Shown here: piece by piece, positions 8,807 through 18,679 of the stretch
Layout of the letters: each line of letters begins with the position of its first letter
How positions within the stretch are numbered: the stretch's first letter is position 1
From: Oscillospiraceae bacterium
GTDB taxonomy: Bacteria; Bacillota; Clostridia; Oscillospirales; Ruminococcaceae
Length of the DNA stretch: 64,000 nucleotides
NCBI GenBank assembly: GCA_017513135.1
Contig: JAFWDH010000020.1
Span: 40,965-104,964, forward strand
Direction of reading: 5' to 3'
The notes under the pieces: generated by a model
Told to the model about the DNA's origin: nothing
Database searches by the model: none
The model's input: only the letters and a program-made list of their open reading frames with translations
Made by a program: the position numbers and the translations under genes

Positions 8807-8848
8807 TTAGCACTCTATATTGACGAGTGCTAATTTTGGTGTTATTAT
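8807..8848 (+). promoter_or_regulatory. clpB promoter with overlapping perfect CIRCE (HrcA operator)
   Basis: TTAGCACTC-TATATTGAC-GAGTGCTAA at 8807-8833 matches the CIRCE consensus 18/18. TTGACG (8820-8825) straddles the spacer and right arm; a 17-nt spacer leads to TATTAT (8843-8848). Confidence 0.85.
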
Positions 8849-8883
8849 AATGTCCGAAGCAAATCGAGAGGAGGCAATGCATC

Positions 8884-11487
8884 ATGAATGCTGAGAAATA
8901 TACAGAGAAGACCATAGAGCTCATCAGACTGGCTCAGACCATTTCAAAAGACCGGGGAAGCCAGCAGATAGAGCAGGAACATCTGCTGCTGGCAATGCTC
9001 ACCCAGGACGGAGGACTGGTACCGCAGCTGCTGACAAAGATGGGGCAGAACACAGAAGAGATCATAAGGCAGACAGAGGAACTTTGTGACCGCCTGCCGC
9101 GAGTCTCCGGGGCTGTCACGAACATGACGTCGATATATGCGGCAAGGATCGTAGATGAGATCTTTACCGATGCAGAGAAGCGCGCATCCAGGATGAATGA
9201 CGACTATGTCTCAGTAGAGCACGTAATGCTCTCATTCATAGAGAAATGCGACGGAGAATGCGCAAGACTGCTCGCAAGAAACAACATAACAACGGACGGA
9301 TTCCTGAGGGTCCTTGCAGAAGTCAGGGGAGGCACCAGAGTTACAAGTGACAATCCGGAGGAGACTTATGACGCGTTGAGCAAGTACGGTCAGGATCTTG
9401 TGTCTCTGGCTGAACAGCAGAAGCTTGATCCTGTGATAGGCAGGGACAGCGAGATAAGAGACGTGATCAGGATCCTCACCAGGAAAACAAAGAACAACCC
9501 GGTCCTCATCGGAGAACCCGGCGTGGGCAAGACCGCTATCGCTGAAGGCCTGGCACAGAGGATAGTAAGAGGTGACGTGCCGACTTCGCTTAAAGATCAC
9601 AGGATATTCTCTCTTGATATGGGAGCGCTTATTGCGGGAGCTAAATTTAGGGGAGAGTTTGAGGAACGTCTTAAGGCTGTCCTCTCTGAGATTAAAAGGA
9701 GCGAGGGCAGGACGATCCTGTTCATAGATGAGCTTCATAACATCGTAGGTGCAGGCAGAACAGAGGGCAGCATGGACGCCGGAAACCTCCTGAAGCCGAT
9801 GCTGGCAAGGGGAGAGCTTCACTGCATAGGTGCAACTACTCTTGATGAGTACCGCAAATATGTTGAGAAGGACGCAGCGCTGGAAAGGCGTTTCCAGCCC
9901 GTTATGGTCAACGAGCCTACGGTGGAAGACGCAGTATCGATCCTGAGAGGAATAAAAGAAAGGTATGAGGTCTTCCACGGAGTAAAGATCACAGACAGCG
10001 CACTGATCGCCGCAGCCGTGCTCTCGGACAGATATATATCGGACAGGTTCCTGCCCGATAAGGCTATAGATCTGGTCGATGAAGCTTGCGCTATGATCAG
10101 GACTGAGATGGATTCCATGCCGTCTGAGATGGATGAGATCTCCAGAAAGATAATGCAGCTTGAGATAGAAGAAGCCGCACTCAAGAAGGAGACAGATAAA
10201 CTGTCAGCTTCTCACCTTGAAGAGATACAGAAGGAACTGTCCCAGATGAGGGATACGTTCAATGAGATGAAGGCAAGATGGCAGAACGAGAAAGAAGGCA
10301 TAGAGTCCGTTCAGAATCTTCGCGGAGAGATAGAAAAAGTCAATGCGGAGATCGAAAAGGCGCAGAGGGAATATGATCTCAATAAGGCGGCAGAACTGAA
10401 GTACGGCAGACTTCCTGAGCTCCAGAAGAAACTCGAAGAAGAGGAGCAGAAGGCGGAAAAGGTCAGCGGAAGAGCCGATAAGCTTCTCAGAGACAGAGTG
10501 ACTGATGAAGAGATAGCTGATGTCGTCTCCAGATGGACGGGAGTTCCTGTCTCTAAGCTGCTTGAGGGCGAGAGGGAGAAACTGCTGAGACTCCCCGAGA
10601 TACTTCATGAAAGGGTCATAGGCCAGGATGAGGCAGTTAACAGGGTATCAGAAGCTATCCTGAGATCAAGGGCGGGTATCAGGGACGAAGGAAGACCTAT
10701 CGGATCGTTCCTTTTCCTCGGACCTACAGGTGTCGGCAAGACAGAACTCGCAAAAGCGGTAGCTGAGGCTCTTTTCGACGATGAAAAGAATATGATCAGG
10801 ATCGATATGAGCGAATATATGGAGAAATTCTCAGTGTCCAGACTGATCGGAGCGCCTCCGGGATATGTAGGCTATGATGAAGGAGGACAGCTTACAGAGG
10901 CGGTCCGCCGCAGGCCATACAGCGTAGTCCTCTTTGATGAAATCGAGAAGGCGCATCCCGATGTATTCAATGTGCTGCTGCAGGTCCTGGATGACGGCAG
11001 GATAACGGACAGTCAGGGAAGAACGGTAGATTTCAAGAACACGATCCTTATCATGACTTCGAATCTCGGGAGCGACATCCTGCTTGACGGGATCCGTGAC
11101 GGGGAGATCGAAGAAAGCGCAAGGAAAAAAGTCGATGAACTGCTTAGAAGGAGTTTCCGCCCAGAATTCCTGAACAGGATCGATGAGACGGTGTGCTATA
11201 AGCCGCTGACTGAGGCTGAGATAGGACAGATAGCAGAATTGCAGATAAGAAATCTCAGAAAGAATCTGGACAGCAAGCAGCTGAAACTCGAGATCACAGA
11301 CAAAGCCATGGACATCATCGTCCGGGAAGGCTATGATCCGATCTACGGAGCGAGACCGCTTAAGAGATTCATACAGTCACATGTTGAGACTGAGATAGCT
11401 AAATGTATTCTGAAAGATGATCCTGCCCCGGGCGCCACAGTCACTGTAGATGGAACTGACGGCAGCATTACTGCATCGATCATCTGA
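8884..11487 (+). CDS. clpB: ClpB disaggregase (two AAA+ modules with coiled-coil middle domain)
   Basis: Clp-N repeat start. [10 protein letters not shown] and [13 protein letters not shown] Walker A motifs. Long coiled-coil between them ([22 protein letters not shown]...). 867 aa. No ClpP-binding IGF-type loop noticed. Confidence 0.95.
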   Translation: MNAEKYTEKTIELIRLAQTISKDRGSQQIEQEHLLLAMLTQDGGLVPQLLTKMGQNTEEIIRQTEELCDRLPRVSGAVTNMTSIYAARIVDEIFTDAEKRASRMNDDYVSVEHVMLSFIEKCDGECARLLARNNITTDGFLRVLAEVRGGTRVTSDNPEETYDALSKYGQDLVSLAEQQKLDPVIGRDSEIRDVIRILTRKTKNNPVLIGEPGVGKTAIAEGLAQRIVRGDVPTSLKDHRIFSLDMGALIAGAKFRGEFEERLKAVLSEIKRSEGRTILFIDELHNIVGAGRTEGSMDAGNLLKPMLARGELHCIGATTLDEYRKYVEKDAALERRFQPVMVNEPTVEDAVSILRGIKERYEVFHGVKITDSALIAAAVLSDRYISDRFLPDKAIDLVDEACAMIRTEMDSMPSEMDEISRKIMQLEIEEAALKKETDKLSASHLEEIQKELSQMRDTFNEMKARWQNEKEGIESVQNLRGEIEKVNAEIEKAQREYDLNKAAELKYGRLPELQKKLEEEEQKAEKVSGRADKLLRDRVTDEEIADVVSRWTGVPVSKLLEGEREKLLRLPEILHERVIGQDEAVNRVSEAILRSRAGIRDEGRPIGSFLFLGPTGVGKTELAKAVAEALFDDEKNMIRIDMSEYMEKFSVSRLIGAPPGYVGYDEGGQLTEAVRRRPYSVVLFDEIEKAHPDVFNVLLQVLDDGRITDSQGRTVDFKNTILIMTSNLGSDILLDGIRDGEIEESARKKVDELLRRSFRPEFLNRIDETVCYKPLTEAEIGQIAELQIRNLRKNLDSKQLKLEITDKAMDIIVREGYDPIYGARPLKRFIQSHVETEIAKCILKDDPAPGATVTVDGTDGSITASII

Positions 11488-11505
11488 GACCGCTTCCAAT
11501 AAACA

Positions 11506-11540
11506 GAAAAACCGGCGTATCCGGAGATACGCCGGTTTTC
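11506..11540. terminator. Bidirectional terminator shared by clpB (+) and the CBS gene (-)
   Basis: AAAAA-ACCGGCGTATC-CGGA-GATACGCCGGT-TTTTC. Confidence 0.85.
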
Positions 11541-11574
11541 TGATCCGAAAAAATACGGTTTGGATTGCCGAAAT

Positions 11575-12021
11575 TCATTTGCTGTCAGGCTGGATATCGG
11601 AAGAGGATTCCCTGTTTTCCCGGTAGTACTTCATAATGTTTCTTCGGGTCACTATTCCGACAAAGGAACCGCGGCCATCTACCACCGGCACGAAGTTATG
11701 TGCCAGGATCCTGTCCATCAATTCCTCCGCAGAAGCTGTGATGGTGACTGCCGGGTTGACCTTCCGGTCCATGATGTCACGGACATGTACGCCTTCTATT
11801 GAACTGATGGAAAAATTGCCGTGCTCATCGGAGAAGTCCGGTATCAGGTACCAAAGGAAATCAGCAACGCTCACGACGCCTACATACATATTGTCTCTGG
11901 TAGTCACAGGCATGGATGTATAACCTGATGACCGCATTATGTCGAGCCCCTTGCGCAGAGTATTATCATCGTAAAGGGAGATGACATTCTGGCGAGGGGT
12001 CAAAAAGTATGCAATATTCAA
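11575..12021 (-). CDS. Stand-alone CBS-pair protein (DarB/CbpB-like architecture)
   Basis: 148 aa consisting only of two CBS motifs. ...GYTSMPVTTRDNMYVGVVS... and ...HNFVPVVDGRGSFVGIVTRRNIMKYY parallel the remembered B. subtilis YkuL/DarB tail (FVCVENDEQVFEGIFTRRVVLKEL). Confidence 0.6.
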   Translation of the reverse strand: MNIAYFLTPRQNVISLYDDNTLRKGLDIMRSSGYTSMPVTTRDNMYVGVVSVADFLWYLIPDFSDEHGNFSISSIEGVHVRDIMDRKVNPAVTITASAEELMDRILAHNFVPVVDGRGSFVGIVTRRNIMKYYRENRESSSDIQPDSK

Positions 12022-12041
12022 ATTAGCCCTCTAGTCGATTA

Positions 12042-12374
12042 TTACAGATGTAGGAACTGCTCTACGTCAAGAACAAAGATAGTGGCTCCGCCAACAGTTA
12101 CCTCATATCCGCTCTGATAGCGGTATGACATCCCGGCTTCGGCAAGACCGAGATTATCCTGCATCTTGATAGTGCGTTCCCTGCATGTCTGCTTGATGAT
12201 CGAGAGCATCTTTTCCATATCCTTCTCATCGATACCGATAAGAAGGGTAGTGCTTCCGTTCCTGAGAAGTCCGCCGGTCGAGGCGAGCTTTGTAGCAGAA
12301 AAACCGTTCCTGACGATCTCGTCGGTCAGGGCCGGAACGTCATCGTTTTGTACGATAGTGATCAGAAGTTTCAT
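12042..12374 (-). CDS. darA: Cyclic-di-AMP receptor protein DarA/PstA (PII-like, DUF970/YaaQ family)
   Basis: MKLLITIVQNDDVPALTDEIVRNGFSATKLASTGGLLRNGSTTLLIGI...VGGATIFVLDVEQF aligns along its whole length with remembered B. subtilis YaaQ (MKLIVAVVQDQD...[21 protein letters not shown]...VGGATVFVLPVDEF). AGGAGG sits 9 nt before ATG at 12374; the track start at 12401 is upstream of the RBS. Confidence 0.85.
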   Translation of the reverse strand: MKLLITIVQNDDVPALTDEIVRNGFSATKLASTGGLLRNGSTTLLIGIDEKDMEKMLSIIKQTCRERTIKMQDNLGLAEAGMSYRYQSGYEVTVGGATIFVLDVEQFLHL

Positions 12375-12480
12375 ACGGATCATCCTCCTATTCCTGCTCA
12401 TTTTAACATATGAAAGAGAAAAAACAATTGGCTTTTTGTTAATAATCGATAGTGATCAGAATCCATAGGACAGAATCGGA

Positions 12481-13311
12481 TTACTTATCAAGATATCTTT
12501 TGGGCAGGTAATGCTCGAAGATAATGGTATCTTCCTCTTTTTCCAGGATGGAATGGTCTTTTTCGTTATCAACAGTCCACATGACCGAGAAGGCACCGAA
12601 CTTCTTTACTATTCTGAGAGCAAGATTTCTGTCCCTGTGATCATAAGCGATGAACTGGGGCCTGCATAGAAAATCGACCAGAAGGTGTGCAATTGTGTTT
12701 TTTATGAATGCCAGTTCCTCTCCCTTCTTGGCAGGTCCTCCGACAAGAAGTCCTCTGGTGATGCCGGGGATGTTTTTCCATGCCCATCTCACTACGAGAG
12801 GATGAAAGCTCTCAAGGCACCATTCACCTTTGTAATCCTTCAGCTCAGCGGCTACTGCCTCACAGAGAGGTGCGTACCAATCCATGCTGAGCTTTTCTGC
12901 CTTTATCTCCACTATGAGCGGATTCTGTCCGTCAACAGCATCCAGAACTTCGCGGAACGTGGGTATGCGCTCATCAGTGCCGAAAAGAGTAAGCTGCCTA
13001 GCTTCCTCGAATGTGAGTTCCCACACAGCCTTGTCAACTCCGCAGGCTCTTTTATAGTCGTTGTCGTGAAACACTATGAGCTTTTTGTCTTTCGTGAACT
13101 GCACATCCAGTTCACATCCGTATCCGGCATCCATGGCTGCCTTAAAAGCCGGGAGCGAGTTCTCAGGAACTCCCCTGTCATTATCGTACAGCCCTCGGTG
13201 CGCAAAGGTCCTGCCTACAAAGGGAGCCTTTGCCTCCTCCGAAGAGTGACCCGGCAGTACAAGAAAAACGTATAACGCAATAATGATCAGAACTGCAATC
13301 AAGAATGGCAT
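12481..13311 (-). CDS. Membrane-anchored glycerophosphodiester phosphodiesterase (GDPD family)
   Basis: N-terminal TM (PFLIAVLIIIALYVFLVL), then FAHRGLYDNDRGVPENSLPAFKAAMDAGYGCELDVQFTKDKKLIVFHD, the GDPD catalytic block. GGAGG RBS before ATG 13311. Confidence 0.8.
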   Translation of the reverse strand: MPFLIAVLIIIALYVFLVLPGHSSEEAKAPFVGRTFAHRGLYDNDRGVPENSLPAFKAAMDAGYGCELDVQFTKDKKLIVFHDNDYKRACGVDKAVWELTFEEARQLTLFGTDERIPTFREVLDAVDGQNPLIVEIKAEKLSMDWYAPLCEAVAAELKDYKGEWCLESFHPLVVRWAWKNIPGITRGLLVGGPAKKGEELAFIKNTIAHLLVDFLCRPQFIAYDHRDRNLALRIVKKFGAFSVMWTVDNEKDHSILEKEEDTIIFEHYLPKRYLDK

Positions 13312-13510
13312 ATCATGACCTCCGTACAGATCCAACTGTTGTATGTAATTATTATACTTAGCGTGAGATATGTTTTCGATATGAAACAAGTAACTGATGT
13401 GTCAAAGAGCAAAAACAAAATTGACATATAAGAAAAATGGAGAAAAACAGAGAAAAACGGAGATAATAAAAGATACAGTGAAACAAATATCGAAAACAGG
13501 AAAATGATTA

Positions 13511-13539
13511 TTGACACACAATTTGTGCAAATGTATAAT
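13511..13539 (+). promoter_or_regulatory. Consensus sigma-A-type promoter for rplM-rpsI-rpsT
   Basis: TTGACA (13511-13516), 17-nt spacer, TATAAT (13534-13539). A short hairpin GCACGCC-GAGA-GGCGTG follows in the leader. Confidence 0.8.
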
Positions 13540-13616
13540 TCATCATGCACGCCGAGAGGCGTGATTATTAATCTGATACTTATTATATAAGGTCATAACC
13601 ATATTAGGAGGAACAA

Positions 13617-14045
13617 ATGTCCACTACCCTGCAGAAACCTCAGGAGGTCGAGCGCCGCTGGTATATCATCGATGCGGCAGGCAAGCCGGTAGGACGCACT
13701 GCAACTCTCGTTGCAAACCTGCTCCGCGGAAAGAACAAGCCGACCTTCACACCCAACGTTGACTGCGGCGATCATGTCATAGTGATCAACTGCAGCAAAG
13801 CTGTCTTCACCGGAAGAAAGCTTGATCAGAAGAAATACTACCATCACAGCGAGTATCTCAGCGGAATGAAGGTAAAGACCGCCCGCCAGATGATGGATAC
13901 CACACCTGAGAAGGTGATGTATCTCGCTGTTAAGGGAATGCTCCCTTATAACACACTCGGCCGCAAAGCACTGACCAGACTCAGAGTCTATGCCGGAGCA
14001 GAACACAACAATGCCGCGCAGAAGCCGGTCGCCTTTGAAGGCTGA
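13617..14045 (+). CDS. rplM: Ribosomal protein L13
   Basis: ...[47 protein letters not shown]... AGGAGG RBS. Confidence 0.97.
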   Translation: MSTTLQKPQEVERRWYIIDAAGKPVGRTATLVANLLRGKNKPTFTPNVDCGDHVIVINCSKAVFTGRKLDQKKYYHHSEYLSGMKVKTARQMMDTTPEKVMYLAVKGMLPYNTLGRKALTRLRVYAGAEHNNAAQKPVAFEG

Positions 14046-14059
14046 GAAAGGAGCTTAAT

Positions 14060-14458
14060 ATGTACGAAACCAGACCCTTCTTTGCCGGAACAGGCAGAAG
14101 AAAAACATCTGTTGCCCGTGTCCGCCTTTACAACGGAACCGGTGTCATCACAGTCAACGGACGTGAGATCAACGACTACTTTGGTCTTGATACACTCAAG
14201 TACATCGTAAATCAGCCCCTTGAGCTGACAAATACAACCGGCAAGTTTGACGTTGTCATCAACGTACAGGGCGGCGGTATCGCCGGACAGGCCGGTGCCA
14301 TCCGTCACGGCATCTCCCGCGCGCTTCTCCTCTATGATGAGAATCTGCGCCCGGAACTTAAGAAGGCGGGCTTCCTGACCCGCGACCCGAGAATGAAAGA
14401 GCGTAAGAAATACGGTCTCAAAGCCGCCCGCCGCGCTCCGCAGTTCTCGAAGAGATAA
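14060..14458 (+). CDS. rpsI: Ribosomal protein S9
   Basis: ...[14 protein letters not shown]...[19 protein letters not shown]...[27 protein letters not shown]. Confidence 0.97.
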   Translation: MYETRPFFAGTGRRKTSVARVRLYNGTGVITVNGREINDYFGLDTLKYIVNQPLELTNTTGKFDVVINVQGGGIAGQAGAIRHGISRALLLYDENLRPELKKAGFLTRDPRMKERKKYGLKAARRAPQFSKR

Positions 14459-14473
14459 GGGGAGGAAGAAGAC

Positions 14474-14743
14474 ATGGCAAACATCAAATCTCAGAAGAAG
14501 CGTATCATCACCAGCCGCAAGGCAAATGCTGCCAACCGTTCGAACCGCGCTGCGCTTAAGACCAACATCAAGAAGGCTAACGCAGCTGTCATTGCCACGA
14601 CAGACGCAGCTGAGAAGGAAGCAGTTGTCGCCAAGACATTCTCAGAGATCGACAAGGCAGTCCGCAAGGGCGTTCTCAAGCGCAATACAGCGAATCATCG
14701 CAAAGCTGCCATCGCAAAGCTTGCTTCAAAGAAGGAAGACTGA
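14474..14743 (+). CDS. rpsT: Ribosomal protein S20
   Basis: MANIKSQKKRIITSRKANAANRSNRAALKTNIKKA... is a typical S20 N-terminus. 89 aa. Confidence 0.9.
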   Translation: MANIKSQKKRIITSRKANAANRSNRAALKTNIKKANAAVIATTDAAEKEAVVAKTFSEIDKAVRKGVLKRNTANHRKAAIAKLASKKED

Positions 14744-14752
14744 AAGTTTTAC

Positions 14753-14778
14753 AGGGCTGCACCTAGTGCAGCCCTTTC
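14753..14778 (+). terminator. Rho-independent terminator after rpsT
   Basis: AGGGCTGCAC-CTA-GTGCAGCCCT followed by TTT. Confidence 0.75.
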
Positions 14779-14798
14779 TATTTGCATTATACGGGAAA

Positions 14799-15482
14799 AT
14801 GTTTGAAGGATTCTACGAAGAGACAGTCGATTTCCTCTGGGGAATACGAATGAACAATGAACGCTCATGGTATGAGCTGCATAAGCCTGAATGCCAGAAG
14901 TATCTGATCACGCCCATGAAGGAACTGGCGCGTGAGGTCCATGAACTGTATGACACCAGGTATCCTGAGATGGACCTCAATGTACATCTGAGCAGGATAT
15001 ACAGAGACGCAAGGAGAAACTACGGCAAGGGTCCGTACAAGGACTACCTTTGGTTTACTCTCTATGATGCAAAGCATGAGACATGGTCCGGGGTCCCCGC
15101 ATTCTGGTTTGAGATCAGTGCCGATGACTGGAGCTACGGGGTGGGGTGCTGGGAAGACAGGGTCAACACAATGCGGAGGATAAGGGAAAGGATCAAAGCC
15201 GATCCGGCTGCTATTGCCGAACTTGATCGGATGCTCAGTGAACAGGAAGAATTCCGGCTCAGCGGCGAGTTTTATAAAAGAGAGCATGCAGACTGTCCAG
15301 TACCGGAGCTAGAGGGCTGGTACAGAAGGAAAAGCCTGTCGGTCTCTCATACGGAGCCTGTCGGGCCATCCATACTCGGAAGCCGTTTCGGAGATAGGAT
15401 CAAGGAAGGAATGCTCTTCCTTAAGCCGTACTATGAGTTTATGTGTTCAGTAAGATCTGATTCCGTTCAGAACAGCGACTAG
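14799..15482 (+). CDS. DUF2461 (TIGR02453-type) family protein
   Basis: MFEGFYEETVDFLWGIRMNNERSWYELHKPECQKYL... is the typical N-terminus of this family. The longer track ORF (from 14526) is a read-through of the rpsT region in another frame. Confidence 0.7.
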   Translation: MFEGFYEETVDFLWGIRMNNERSWYELHKPECQKYLITPMKELAREVHELYDTRYPEMDLNVHLSRIYRDARRNYGKGPYKDYLWFTLYDAKHETWSGVPAFWFEISADDWSYGVGCWEDRVNTMRRIRERIKADPAAIAELDRMLSEQEEFRLSGEFYKREHADCPVPELEGWYRRKSLSVSHTEPVGPSILGSRFGDRIKEGMLFLKPYYEFMCSVRSDSVQNSD

Positions 15483-15551
15483 ATCATGCTTGTTAGACAA
15501 ACGGTAAAACAGATATAAAATTATACAAATAGTATATTTGACAAGGATAAA

Positions 15552-15580
15552 GAAGCCGGGGCATAAAAGCTCCGGCTTGA
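15552..15580. terminator. Imperfect hairpin between convergent genes (likely terminator)
   Basis: AAGCCGG...CCGGCTT arms with T-rich flanks. Confidence 0.45.
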
Positions 15581-15588
15581 TCTTTACT

Positions 15589-17055
15589 TTAATCGAGTAT
15601 TACGAGACGGCCTTCGACCTGAGCATCAAGACCCTGATGAGTAGCCATATACTCTTCTACTATGTTGTTTACAGATGTCGCTACAACTCTGGGCTTTCTG
15701 TTCGTTTTTACTTCCTCAAGCGGTATTCCCAGGAACTCATCAAAGTTCTTGTAGTGATAATTCTGTATCCCTATCTTGAGCCTGCTGTCGGGAAGGATCT
15801 CCTCACCGTTGAACGTGAACTCTTCGAGCGAATGAGTGCTCTTTCTGTAAACAATGCGCACTCCGCGTGAGAACTGATAGAATTCGGTCTCGCCGAGCCA
15901 GGCGTCATCTCTGAGGATGTGAAGTACCATCTGTCTGAACTGTTCTCCAGTCACTTCGATCATCCAGACGACATCATCAAACGGGGTGTTTTCGACCATA
16001 TCCTGGTATTCGATGAGAGGGCCGAGCTCCTTCTTGCGGATCGAACCGGAACCGAACATCATGATGTCAAAGCTGGATTCGTCCTGCATCATGTCAGCAT
16101 AGAGGTTCCCCAGTTCTGTTTCCTGTTCCCTTGAAGGATGAGTCAGTTTTCTGGCAAGGCGGGTAACGACTCTCTTATACTTGGCATCTGTGACAGACTG
16201 ATACCGTCCGATCATCTCAGCCATTACGTGATCCGGAGTGCATGAATCCTCATTGATCGGTACGCACTGCCACTTATAGTCCTTGACGACCTGATCATCC
16301 TTATCGTATTCGATATCGAATCTTCCTACTATGTCTGTGCCGGTGCCGGCCTGAACGATAGGAACTCCGTTAATGATCTCCGGAGCGTCCATAAAGGTAT
16401 GGGAGTGTCCGCCGATTATGAAATTGACGCCCCATTCGGGGTTCAGAAGTTCTGCAAGCCTGCGATCCTGTTCGATACCTATATGAGAAACGACGATTGT
16501 CATATCGGTATCTGTAGTGCGGTAGTTATCACAGATTATTCCTATCTCTTTCGCAGCCTCTTCTATGTCGACAAAAGTCCCAATAACTTTTTCCTGTCTG
16601 GCTGTCGCAAGAACTTCCTGAGTCAGGATGCCGATGAACAGGATCTTCATTCCGCCGATCTTGACATTGATGTAAGGCTGGAAGAGCCTGGTATTATTCA
16701 GTGTCACGAAGAGGTTTGCGTTTATTATCGGAAATCTTGCGCATTTCTCAAGAAAAAGGAGGTGTGCAAGACCGTAGTCGACTTCATGGTTCCCAATAGT
16801 CGCCACGTCAGGTTTAAGAAGATTGACGAGGTCGATAGTAGATAGACCCATATACTCGGAATCGATTATAGATCCCCGGAACATATCGCCTGCAATGACA
16901 TAAAGAACGTTCTCCTCATCCTGTCGGACCCGGGTTATGTAGTCTGACAGCATGGCAAGACCGCCTGTCTTTTTTCCATTGACTACCTGGGAGAGGAAGT
17001 CTCCGTGCATGTCATTCGAATGGAGAAGAGTAAGCTTTTTGATGTTGTTAGACAT
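15589..17055 (-). CDS. Bifunctional metallophosphatase/5'-nucleotidase family protein (cytosolic, no signal peptide)
   Basis: LTLLHSNDMHGDF, GDMFRGS, GNHEVDYG, GGHSHT metallophosphoesterase motifs, plus a C-terminal 5'-nucleotidase substrate-binding domain. Confidence 0.85.
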   Translation of the reverse strand: MSNNIKKLTLLHSNDMHGDFLSQVVNGKKTGGLAMLSDYITRVRQDEENVLYVIAGDMFRGSIIDSEYMGLSTIDLVNLLKPDVATIGNHEVDYGLAHLLFLEKCARFPIINANLFVTLNNTRLFQPYINVKIGGMKILFIGILTQEVLATARQEKVIGTFVDIEEAAKEIGIICDNYRTTDTDMTIVVSHIGIEQDRRLAELLNPEWGVNFIIGGHSHTFMDAPEIINGVPIVQAGTGTDIVGRFDIEYDKDDQVVKDYKWQCVPINEDSCTPDHVMAEMIGRYQSVTDAKYKRVVTRLARKLTHPSREQETELGNLYADMMQDESSFDIMMFGSGSIRKKELGPLIEYQDMVENTPFDDVVWMIEVTGEQFRQMVLHILRDDAWLGETEFYQFSRGVRIVYRKSTHSLEEFTFNGEEILPDSRLKIGIQNYHYKNFDEFLGIPLEEVKTNRKPRVVATSVNNIVEEYMATHQGLDAQVEGRLVILD

Positions 17056-17079
17056 TTTTCTGCACCATTAATTCAATGA

Positions 17080-17721
17080 TCACCGGAGTTTGTAACCGGT
17101 GACGTAACTGTCACGGAAGGTCTTAACGAATGCGGAGGGGAAAACTCCGAAACCGGTGTTCCCCTTCATCGTATAATTGTACATGTAGCACATGCCGTTT
17201 CTGGTATGTACGGCTATGGTATGGATCCCCGACAGGAGCCTTGCATCATTCCAGTATGAGAGGATATAGATCCCAGGCTCGCACATCTGTTCAACGGAAG
17301 CAGTCGAGCAGTTCACTCCGTAGGAGGCTACGATCTGCCCGATGTCATATGGATTGACACCCAGCGCTCCGTATCTGACAAAAGGAAAGCGTACGAGACA
17401 TCCGTTTTCTTCGAACCGCTTCGCAGCTCCTGCTACTGAGACCTGCTTTCCGTACAGCAGAAGTGCGTTATAGGTAGCAATGACTTCGCAGCCGGAATTC
17501 TTCATTACCGTATCGCCGAGCTTCAGAGATGAAACACCGGTGCTTCTTCCGTCAAGCTGATCGTTAACGGTCAGGGCACGTATGTTTCTCTCATTGTTGA
17601 AAGAATAGTTCCTGTCTGCAATGGATGCGTTTGATGCCTTTCGCGGAAACAGGCGGCGCAGGAAACGCTCAGCCTTCAGAAGAGAATTTCCGGTCCTGAT
17701 CCAGAATTGTGTTGATCCCAT
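17080..17721 (-). CDS. Hypothetical protein with papain-fold-like Cys...His arrangement
   Basis: 213 aa. NSGCEVIATYNALLLYG (Cys at a predicted helix start) followed about 90 aa later by LSGIHTIAVH and YMYNY. 24 nt upstream of the 5'-nucleotidase gene on the same strand. Confidence 0.35.
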   Translation of the reverse strand: MGSTQFWIRTGNSLLKAERFLRRLFPRKASNASIADRNYSFNNERNIRALTVNDQLDGRSTGVSSLKLGDTVMKNSGCEVIATYNALLLYGKQVSVAGAAKRFEENGCLVRFPFVRYGALGVNPYDIGQIVASYGVNCSTASVEQMCEPGIYILSYWNDARLLSGIHTIAVHTRNGMCYMYNYTMKGNTGFGVFPSAFVKTFRDSYVTGYKLR

Positions 17722-17833
17722 TTGTCTTATTTCCTGAAATGATTATGGGTTATAATACTACTGATAATATATTATGAATCATTTTGACGTGAAACGGAAT
17801 ACCCAATGCAATGCGAAACCCAGAGGAAGAAAT

Positions 17834-18679
17834 ATGATACAGGATATTGCCCCATCTACACTGAACAATGCATACAGGAATAACGCAGTTCCGGAAGATG
17901 ACAGCTGCATCGTAGTATATCGGAACGGTAAAGTGCTTCTGAACAGGAAAGACGAGTATATAGATTTTCCGAGATACAGGGACCTGACGATCAAAGATAT
18001 AAAATGCCTGATCTACCTGTTCGAGATAAGCGGAATACAGTTTTTTTTCTATGATTCGGAAGACGTTCATGTAGCAGGTGATTATGAGTACCTGGAGCCG
18101 TGGATTTTCAGAACTGTAAAGCCTTCGTACATGGCATACGCTCTTGTCACCGCAAGGCACATCTGTGCATGGTACGCGGCTGAGAGGTTTTGCGGTCAGT
18201 GCGGAGCCAGAATGGAACATGATGCAAAAGAGCGGATGATGAGCTGTCCCGAGTGCGGAAATCACGTGTATCCGGTGATAAGCCCGGCGGTGATAGTCGG
18301 AGTGACAGACGGTGACAGACTCCTGCTTACGAGGTATGCGTCAAGATCCGGGGCGCCTTCGGCTCTTGTAGCGGGATTCAATGAGGTGGGAGAGACTATA
18401 GAAGAAACAGTCGTCCGTGAAGTCATGGAGGAGACCGGACTGAATATAAGGGATATCAGGTATTACAAAAGCCAGCCATGGGGCATCACAGGGGGACTGC
18501 TTTTTGGGTTCTGGTGCAGGCTGGACGGCAGCGATGCGGTGACACTTAACGACGGTGAGCTCGGGGAAGCTGTTTGGATGACAAGGCAGGAGATCATTGA
18601 CACAGTTCCCCATGATGATATAAGTTTGACGCGAGAGATGATCGCAGTGTTTTCGAAAGGATACGACCCATATGAGTGA
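17834..18679 (+). CDS. nudC: NADH pyrophosphatase-type Nudix hydrolase with zinc ribbon
   Basis: CGQCGARMEHDAKERMMSCPECGNHVYP zinc ribbon, followed by Nudix box GFNEVGETIEETVVREVMEETG. GAGGAAG RBS before ATG 17834; 17774 is an alternative start. Confidence 0.8.
   Translation: MIQDIAPSTLNNAYRNNAVPEDDSCIVVYRNGKVLLNRKDEYIDFPRYRDLTIKDIKCLIYLFEISGIQFFFYDSEDVHVAGDYEYLEPWIFRTVKPSYMAYALVTARHICAWYAAERFCGQCGARMEHDAKERMMSCPECGNHVYPVISPAVIVGVTDGDRLLLTRYASRSGAPSALVAGFNEVGETIEETVVREVMEETGLNIRDIRYYKSQPWGITGGLLFGFWCRLDGSDAVTLNDGELGEAVWMTRQEIIDTVPHDDISLTREMIAVFSKGYDPYE

Noticed and set aside
14526-14798. N-terminal 91-aa extension of the DUF2461 ORF overlapping rpsT.
   Set aside because: The extension is an alternative frame of the S20 gene and runs through the rpsT terminator. 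The family-typical N-terminus MFEGF... begins at 14799.
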